From positions 868,001 to 932,000 of the forward strand of contig CM120640.1 in assembly GCA_051362555.1 (NCBI GenBank): a stretch of 64,000 nucleotides of DNA, read 5' to 3'. Made by a program: the position numbers and the translations under genes. A model generated the notes under the pieces. That model worked only from the letters and a program-made list of their open reading frames with translations, was not told the DNA's origin and did no database searches. This document shows positions 13,734-23,800 of the stretch, piece by piece. The first letter of the stretch is position 1, and every line of letters starts with the position of its first letter. The stretch is from Lingula anatina. Lineage: Eukaryota; Animalia; Brachiopoda.

Positions 13734-14831
13734 CATTTCTCTAATCATAAGTCCAGTAATCAGTCACCTTTGTTTTTAACATGGCCACCATTACATGCTT
13801 GATGGACATTTTATGTCAAAGATTTGTTAAAAACTTGATCTGAGTAGCATTAATATATAACATTGCAGTCAGTCTTCCAATGTTGTATTTCATGATAAGC
13901 CATTATTTCTCATCATCAGATTTATATTTCATTATTGATATTGAAAACATGAGCTGTGTTTTCTGAAGATCTGGTTTCCCTGCAAGGTGTATAAGAACAT
14001 TGGAATGTGTATTATCAATTTCAGACTTTTAAGATGCCTGTATGAATGTGTTCATGTAAGAAATAGTAAGTATTAATAGTCAGCAACACACATGCTCTGT
14101 TCATATTTTATTGTATAAATTGTCTGTGTCTGCACCCATTCTGAAAACAATTGGAATGTTCTGAAGCTTATGATACCACATATATTAGGTATAACATTTT
14201 AAGAGAATGTTCAGTCTGATAAATAAACTGGTGAACAGAAATGGGTCTTTACTAATTCTTGTTATTTCTCAACAAAAAAGATACACTTTTCTATGTCACA
14301 CAGCCAAAGCTACACCTTCACTGCTGATCTTTAATAATTGCACTAGTTCTGCGTTTGTATCTTATCAATGAGCACTTATTGGTATAACTGTCAAAGTACC
14401 TGCCTTCTGTAATTGTTCCCAAAATTATTTCTTTTCGTCACAATAAGTTCTTTATTAGCACTTAAAAATATAATCTTTACATCTAATGAAATGATCACAT
14501 GGCATCTTGGAAGCACTTCAGGAGTATCATTCAAATATCACATTTGTTTGCCTCTGCTTTAAATATTACATGTTTAAATTGGCAAGTGATCACAGCTAGG
14601 CATTTCTATTTCTCTATAATGAATATCTTCCTTGTCTATGAAAAGACTGCTTCAGCCCATCACTTGGAAATTTTTGACTGCTGAATTTGACACGCAATAT
14701 TCATTGCTGTGTGAAACTTAAAACATTTAGTAATATGTATAGTAGTATGAGCATTCAGTAATAATCTGGAAGACCAATTCATGGGAACACATGCATTAGT
14801 TCTCTTCTTAGAATACAAGTCACAGATGTCT

Positions 14832-17800
14832 CTACATATGGGACAACCTCTGTGGTCTCCTTCTGCCTTCAGGTCCTTTTGTTCTAGAGAATTTACCCAA
14901 GGGACTGGAATGTACGGTCTGGAAGAAAAGCACCAAGTGCTCATCACAATCGTAATCTGCACATTTATTTTCTTTTAAAGAGTGGGGGACTTGACTTTCT
15001 TATTTTTAGATGAGTCATCATTTAATATGATGACATGGTCACAAAGTTAACAATATTTACAATAATGAAAATATAGTAGTTCAATGATTCATTTGTTTTG
15101 ATGAAACATTTGATTAAGTAAAAAGTTAAGTGCTAGTACGTAAACCTAAAATTCAAAATTAAATTTGAATAAAAAAATGTTACCTCTTCAAATGAGACCC
15201 CTTTCTCTTCCTGTTCTGTGCTGTCAAAGGTGTTCTCAAATGAGGCCCCTTTCTCTTCCTGTTCCATGCTCTCAGAGGTGTTCTCAAAGGACACTGTTTT
15301 TTCCAGAGTGTTGGTGTTTTCCATTTGTCTGAGCCGTGGCTTTGGAGCTATCCTAGGCTTCTGAGGTAATGGAGGTTTGGGCCTAGGATTAACATATTTA
15401 TGTTCCATATAATTTGTTAGTACTTCCTAGATCCTATTTAATGTCCTTCCAAATTTTAAGAAGGAATTGTGTTATTCTTAAGTAACTTTTGTGTGGTAGT
15501 CATGATACTGCAACTGTATAATACTAAATATTGATATATCCAATAACCAAGGGTTGAAATGTACTTAAAACTTACCTGGATTAAAAGTAATCTTCAGTTC
15601 AAAAGTATTTAGGCTTATTGATAAAAATCATTTGTTGGGCAAAAACTCATAATATTAAAAACCCAAGGAAACGGTGATGTCATTCATGTCTATTATGACA
15701 TCAGAATTATTCACAAGAACAATGCAACACTCTATTGTTGGCAAAGTTACTGAATTCATACACTACATTGAACTGGTTTTACAACATACATGGTGATTTT
15801 TTTTTTCAATTATCAAATCAAATTAAGAAAAATGACAAAACATCATTCCCAGATTATTGCTTACTTTGATATCGCAGGTTTGATTATTTTTGACTGAGCT
15901 GCAACTGGGTGTCCCTTCTGGTCCTTCTGGTCCTGTCTTTGAAAGAAGAGTCTTGCTTTAGAGGGTGAGGTGGACACGCTGTCACTGTCACTCCAGTCAC
16001 TGCTGTCACTATCTGTCCCCACTAGAACAGGACAATGAGACTGAACTTTAACAGTTTTTAATTATTTATTATCTTTTGTCAGACATGAGGTTTTTCTGCA
16101 AAATTCCAGGATTTTTATGACTCAGTTCTGATGGGGTCTAAGGCTTCCCCTGACTCTAGCTGATTATTAGTGTTTTGTCCCACAATTAATAGTTTTTTTT
16201 TCTAAAAATATCTTTTTTTTACCCATGATGTACCTTAATTCAAAAAGGACCTGAAATGTTTTCTTGAGAAATTTTACTCTTTCACTCTCACAAGTATTGT
16301 TAAAAGTTTTAACAATAGTGTTCAAAATATATTAAGCACAATTATGATATTTTTGCAACACCTAATAGGCTGTGATGTGTTTTAGGTGGTCTGATAAATC
16401 ATATTGTAAGCCAGAAAGCACACAAATCTACATACATTAGCAACTAGCAGTTGAAAAAACATAAATCTCACCCATCAAAGGTGTATCAAATGAGACAACT
16501 CTACTTGGCACTTGGGAAGACCCAGTATTGGACTTGGGTCCAAACGACCCCACCTCTGGAAGCTCCAGTTGCAATCCACCACCCAGGCCAGCTGCAGACT
16601 GTGGCAGAGTTTTAGTGTATTTTACTGGTTTATTTGTTACCCTTATTGCCAAATTTTCTCTTTGATCTTTGGTGCCAAAGGCACTTCCTGGAGGCTTAAA
16701 TGGATGACCTTTCAATACATCAGTGGCATGGAATGACTGGAATAAGAAATAATTGTGGTTAATTGCAATGACACAAATTGGCAAAGAAGTTTAAAACTGA
16801 TAACAGTCTTTCAGTGAATTGAAAGAACAATAGTAACATACTAGTAACATCATACTAATCTTTCAACTATGTGCATTTCTATCAATTACAAGTTCCATAA
16901 ATATCCACAAAATGCTCATACTTACACGTGTTGAATAAGCCAGGGTGTGTGAAATTTCATGGGGATCAAAGGAATCTTGTCCATTTTGTCTTTGTGATTT
17001 CAGAGTTCGTAACTGAAAAATAAATTTAAGTCCCTTCAACAGGCTTTCTTTTACCTACAGTGAGACAAGCTACAGATCCTATATATAATAATCACCAAAA
17101 AATTGGAGCCTTTGACAAACTCCAGATAGCCTAAATTTAGTTCATGTACACCTTACAATATATTCTGTACTTGTAGCATTTTTATTTTTATCTATCACAT
17201 CTTTTAAAAACTGAGCTTTAAGAAATCATTAAGAAATTCACATATTAATTTTCTCACCTCATTTTCCAACTGTAAGACTTTAAACTCTGCCTCTTTGGTT
17301 CTCTCATCAGCAATTCTCAGCAGCTCCATATGAACTGACCCAGACACCATCTCTTTCCTGGAACACCAACAGCTCTTCATAGACAGGAAAATACTGTTTA
17401 CTCACACATTTTCATTTACATTTAATTACATCATGTCACAGTGTCAGATACTACTATCACTTTACTTTTATCTACAGTGTAATGTACTGTTACTGCAAGA
17501 GCTACTAGGATATTTCAGTAGTGTGACTGGCAAATACTTTTTTACTCACTCTGTTTCATTGACATAACATCCCATTCCATTCCATTACTAGTAGAGAGAC
17601 AGATATCTACAGTGTAATTCACTGCTACTGGCAAGAGCTGGATACAAACCTAGGAATTTCCTATACCCGGTAATCAAACAAGGGAATTAAAGATTATATA
17701 TGCATGGTATTCAATGAAGTGGACTGACAAATTTATTGTACAGGTTTATGACTGACCTTTCTCTATTGGCCTCTGATAGTCTCTCTAACAGTCTTTGAGT

Positions 17801-20800
17801 TTCCTGCTTTGCTTGTAACAGTTCCTCTTGCAAGACTAAAAAATATTGAAGATGTTTAAACTTCACTTTTTTCAACTTAAAAATTAAATATTTTTGTTTT
17901 CATTAAATAAAATTCAAACGTAACAGTAATACGGATAAATTAACTGAAAATTAAAATGATTTGAGTCACATTCTTCTATTAAATATCTAAAGACCCTTCA
18001 AGGTTTGAAATTTTTCATCCATATGGAAGGTGAAAAAAAAGAAGAATCCAAGCTCACTTTCTACTTTGGTCTGTGCCTCTGCTGCCTTGCTCTCAGATAA
18101 CTTGGCTTCTAACATGTAATCCACACCACTGAAAACATGTCATATCTGAGTTCACTTTAAGTGTTCACCTTAGAATATCCATCAGATGATAACATTTGTT
18201 TAATTAAAAACATTTCAGGTAGGGCTTAGAACGATAAAAACTGTACAAATTTCATTTCCAATACTGTATAACCTAAATAAATATAATTTACCTCTTAAAA
18301 TAATTTGTCTTTGCAAGCTGATCCTCTAGCTTAAGGATCTAAAAGAAAAAACAATTCACCCAGCTCATTTTTACTGCCTTAAAAGAAATTCAACATTAGT
18401 TTGTGATATGTCATATAATGAACTTCATCACCAAGCTGTTAAACATATATTTTATTAATAATTAAAAACATCAACTATCCTGATGTGTGAAAAAATATTC
18501 TGACATCTCAATCTCAAAATGTTTCAGTTTATTAAGGAAAGACATCAATCATGTACTACAAGTAAATAAAATATCTACCATATTTCTGCTTCCCTCCAGA
18601 CTCTCCTCCATCTCTTCGCTTTTCATCTTATATTTGGCACTTATCTGCTGCTCACTTCTTATTTCAGCCTAAAGTACATATAGAGAAAACATTTTGTGAG
18701 ATTTAAATATCTGTAAAATGATTTAATATGATTACAGCAACCACATTTCATTACTATTATTATCATCATTACTAGTACAAAAAATACCTGCCTAAAGGAT
18801 GGTTATTAAAAAGACAATCTGATTACAATTTTGCATCAAAATTTTATGAAGAGAAGAAACTTCATTTCATTATAGTAATAAATTGTTGACAAGTTTTAAC
18901 TCTGTAGCAATATTGTGGTGTGTTACTGGGAAAAGGTCTCCTTTCAGCAGTATTACTGGTAGTTAGATTATTATGCTACCACAAAAATAAATGAATTGAT
19001 TAATTAACTAGAGGATCAGAGAGGCGATACCGCCTCTGGATATTGTACCACCAGCTGGAGTAAGCGCATTCATATGGACACCCCCCCCCAAAAAAAAAAA
19101 AAAATTGGACACCACCACCAGTCTTGTGCTTGACAAGCTCTATAAAATGCAATAAACAAGAGTTCTCAAAATATGAAAAAAAAAAAACGAAAAACATAAC
19201 AGTTAAAATGGTCCAATCAAGGAGATGTCCAAATTAACCTGTATTTTCCTAACACTGATCACTCCTGTGAAATGCATTATCAGTAATGCATATACCAGAA
19301 TGCTGACAAAAGAGAAAACCTAGGGACAACACTGGGCAGATCTCTGCTAGTTTTGAAAATATGAAGGGCAAGAAAATATGCAGAGTTCAGTTTGAAGTAA
19401 AAAAGTAGGTCAAAGGTCAATTTCAAGGTCACAGTATATGACTTCCTATAATATAAGTTCAATAGTAGCTATGGGCATTTCTTTGCCAATGTTGGAGATA
19501 TGAAGGCCAAGAAACATGCAAAGTGCAGTTCATCATAAATAGTAGGTCAAAGGTCAATTTCAAGATCACAGTAAGACTGCCAGTATATGACTTCCTATTC
19601 AAGTTCAATAGTAACTTTGGACCTATCTTTGCCAGTTTTTGAGATATAAGGGATAGAAAATTTGCAAAGTTCAGTTCATGTTGAAAAGTAGGTCAAAGGT
19701 CAATTTCAAGGTCACAATAAGAATGCCAGTATATGACTTCCTATTCAAGTTCAACAGTTACTAAAGGGTGTATCTCTGCCAGGTTTGGAGATATAAGGGC
19801 TGGAAAATTTGCAAAGTTCAGTTCATGGTGAAAAGTAGGTCAAAGGTCAATTTAAAGGTCACAGTTAGATTACCAGTATATAACTTCCTATTAAAGTTCA
19901 ATAGTAACTATGGGTGTATCTCTGCCAGTTTTGGAGATATAAGGGCTAGAAAATTTGCAAAGTTCAGTTCATGGTGAAAAGTAGGTCAAAGGTCAATTTA
20001 AAGGTCACAGTTAGATTACTTGTATATAACTTCCTATTCAAGTTCAATAGTAACTATGGGCGTATCTCTGCCAGTTTTGGAATATTTAACATTTTCCCCA
20101 CTGAATATTGTGATGTTGTAATTTTTGATATAGCGCAATGCCTAAACCATATCAAAAACAAAAAAATGGACACCACCTCCAGTATTGCACTTGACAAGTT
20201 CCACAAAATGCGATGAACAAAAGGTCTCTGGCATTTACCATTCCAGAATAAAAGCAAGTTTTCAGTTTCGGTATCTAATGGCTGCTTCTCCCATGAAAAT
20301 GCACCGATTGACCCCAAACTCCCAAAGATGAAAGGAGTCCCCAATTGTAACCCCTCACTATAACAGGAGAGCTTAGATCTGTGTAGTTTCCAAAAAATAA
20401 CACAAACAAATATTTTTTTGCAGAAAATTCCCATATTCAGAAAATTTTGGCTTGTTTGACCTTGAAAAAAAGGTCAAAAGTCAAATCAAAGGGCATATTT
20501 GGAATCTCCACATATGACTTTCGGTCAGACTTCTGTAGTAATTTTTCCCATAATTCCTTTGGTTTGGGAGATATTTAGCCTTGAATTTTCAAAAATTTTG
20601 ACAAGGGTGCGTTTCAACAAGTGTCACGCCCAGGCCAATGCACCGACAGAGACAAAAAAACCAGGGTGTTCAAGTTGAGATTATATATGACCTAAATCCA
20701 AGAGATGGGGACACAGGTCCTAGCGGTCTAGGAGGAGAAGCGGTAACGGTGACTTGTTTCCGGCGCCCGACTGCGGAGCCGCAGGAGCCGGCGGAGCTGC

Positions 20801-23800
20801 AGGAGCCGGCGGAGCTGTACGAGACGGGTCGGGACTAAAACCATGAGTACCGCCAGCGTATACGCTGGCGGTACTAATAAAAAAAGATTTATTTGTTTTA
20901 AACAGTATCTGAGACATTCACCTACAGGGGCAGATGGAGGCCATCTTCTGGGTCTTCTGGAAGACAGTCAGGATTTTTGAAGTTTACATCAACGGGCATC
21001 TAATTTTTTCTGTCTGAAGACAGTCAAAAATGGAGAATGGATCAACAAAGATAATTTGGAAGACTGTCAGAAAATATCTCTGGATCTGCCCCTGAGGTCC
21101 TAGCTACCTTTTCTTCAAACTGTCACATTTACCTTCAAATCAAAAATAGTGTTTTCCAGTTTAGCTGCCTTCCCCGTCTGCACCATGACCTCCTGCCTCA
21201 GACCAACCACCTCCCTCTCTATTATCTTTACCAGGTTTTCCAGGGTCATCCTTTGGCTTATTTCCTCTCTTAACTTGTTCCCAACCTTCAATGTCACACA
21301 AAAGAGTACATATTTTAAGACATCTGTCAATTATACATTATGACACATATGAATTCAAAGCTTCAGCATAGCTGCTTTAAAATTGTTTTAAATTATTCCA
21401 AATAAAAACTAGAGGATCAGAGAGGCGATACCGCCTCCGAATATTGTACCACCAGCTGGAGCAAGCGCATTCGTATAGACCCCCACATACACAAAATAAG
21501 GGGTGCAGCCACCAGTCTTGTGCTTGACAAGCTGTAAAAATGCAATCAACAAGAATTTTCAAAATATGCAAAAAATATATATAACTAAAAATGGTGCAAT
21601 CAAAGTTAAGTTCATTGTAAGGTAGGTCAAAGGTCAATTTCAAGGTCACAGTAAATTGCCAGTATATGACTTCCTATCCAACTTCAATAGTAACTATGGA
21701 CCTATCTCTGCCAGTTTTGGAGATAAAAGGGAAGCAAAATTTGCAAAGTTCAGTTCATGGTGAAAAGTAGGTCAAAGGTCAATTTCAAGGTCACAGTAAG
21801 ATTGCCAGTATATGACTTCCTATTCAACTTCAATAGTAACTATGGACCTATCTCTGCCAGTTTTGGAGATAAAAGGGAAACAAAATTTGCAAAGTTCAGT
21901 TCATGGTGAAAAGTAGGTCAAAGGTCAATTTCAAGGTCACATTTAGATTGCCAGTATATGACTTCCTATTCAACTTCAATAGTAACTATGGACCTATCTC
22001 TGCCAGTTTTGGAGATAAAAGGGAAGCAAAATTTGCAAAGTTCAGTTCATGGTGAAAAGAAGGTCAAAGGTCAATTTCAAGGACACAGTAAAATTGCCAG
22101 TATATGACTTCCTATGCAAGTTCAATAGTAACTATGGACCTATCTCTGCCAGTTTTGGAGATAAAAGGGAAGCAAATTTTGCAAAGTTCAGTTCAAGGTG
22201 AAAAGTAGGTCAAAGGTCAATTTCAAGGTCACAGTAAAATTGCCAGTATATGACTTCCTATTCAAGTTCAATAGTAACTATGGACCTATCTCTGCCAGTT
22301 TTGGAGATAAAAGGGAAGCAAAATTTGCAAAGTTCAGTTCATGGTGATAAGTAGGTCAAAGGTCAATTTCAAGGTCACAGTAAGATTGCCAGTATATGAC
22401 TTCCTATTCAACTTCAATAGTAACTATGGACCTATCTCTGCCAGTTTTGGAGATAAAAGGGAAGCAAAATTTGCAAAGTTCAGTTCATGGTGAAAAGTAG
22501 GTCAAAGGTCAATTTCAAGGTCACATTTAGATTGCCAGTATATGACTTCCTATTCAACTTCAATAGTAACTATGGACCTATCTCTGCCAGTTTTGGAGAT
22601 AAAAGGGAAGCAAAATTTGCAAAGTTCAGTTCATGGTGAAAAGAAGGTCAAAGGTCAATTTCAAGGTCACAGTAAAATTGCCAGTATATGACTTCCTATG
22701 CAAGTTCAATAGTAACTATGGACCTATCTCTGCCAGTTTTGGAGATAAAAGGGAAGCAAATTTTGCAAAGTTCAGTTCAAGGTGAAAAGTAGGTCAAAGG
22801 TCAATTTCAAGGTCACAGTAAAATTGCCAGTATATGACTTCCTATTCAAGTTCAATAGTAACTATGGACCTATCTCTGCCAGTTTTGGAGATAAAAGGGA
22901 AGCAAAATTTGCAAAGTTCAGTTCATGGTGATAAGTAGGTCAAAGGTCAATTTCAAGGTCACAGTAAGATCGCCAGTATATGACTTCCTATTCAACTTCA
23001 ATAGTAACTATGGACCTATCTCTGCCAGTTTTGGAGATAAAAGGGAAGCAAAATTTGCAAAGTTCAGTTCATGGTGAAAAGTAGGTCAAAGGTCAATGTC
23101 AAGGTCACAGTAAGATTGCCAGTATATGACTTCCTATTCAACTTCAATAGTAACTATGGACCTATCTCTGCCAGTTTTGGAGATATAAGGGACTAAATGT
23201 TATAATTTTGGAGTTACCATAATGTGCCATAAATTTCCTACAGAAAAAATTAATTAAAATAAAGAAAAGGTCATTTTGGTCAAAGTTCTTGAAATGGGAG
23301 GTTCTCTGAAGTTGCAGAAGTTAAAATTTGCAGGAGTTCAAAATTTATTATCCATTACCGTACTGCACATTTTTACGGAAGCCGACTGGTGCCATATGTT
23401 GAAAAAAAAAATTATCTCGAAATTTCGAGATAGCATTTTTTTTGTTCAAATTTCAAAATACTATCTCGAAATTTCGAGATAAATTTTTTTGCTCAAATAT
23501 CAAAATGCTATCTCGAAATTTCGAGATAATTTTTTTTTTGTTCAAATTTCAAAATGCTATCTCGAAATTTCGAGATAAAAATTTTTTTTGTTCAAATTTC
23601 AAAATAGTATCTCGAAATTTCGAGATAATTTTTTTTTCTACATATGGCACCAGTCGGCTTCCGTACATTTTCCTTTCACCACCAATATGTACTTTCTGAT
23701 ACAGCGTAACTCGAAAACCGTATGGAATACAAAAAAACCGAGACCACCTCCAGTGTTGGGCTTTACATGCTCTACAAAATGCAAAAAAGAATGGGTCTCT

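Noticed and set aside
23400-23640. CRISPR-like array of palindromic repeats
   Set aside because: The spacers are near-identical A/T-rich sequence, the array lies inside a TIR/TSD-bounded MITE, the DNA is eukaryotic and there are no cas genes.
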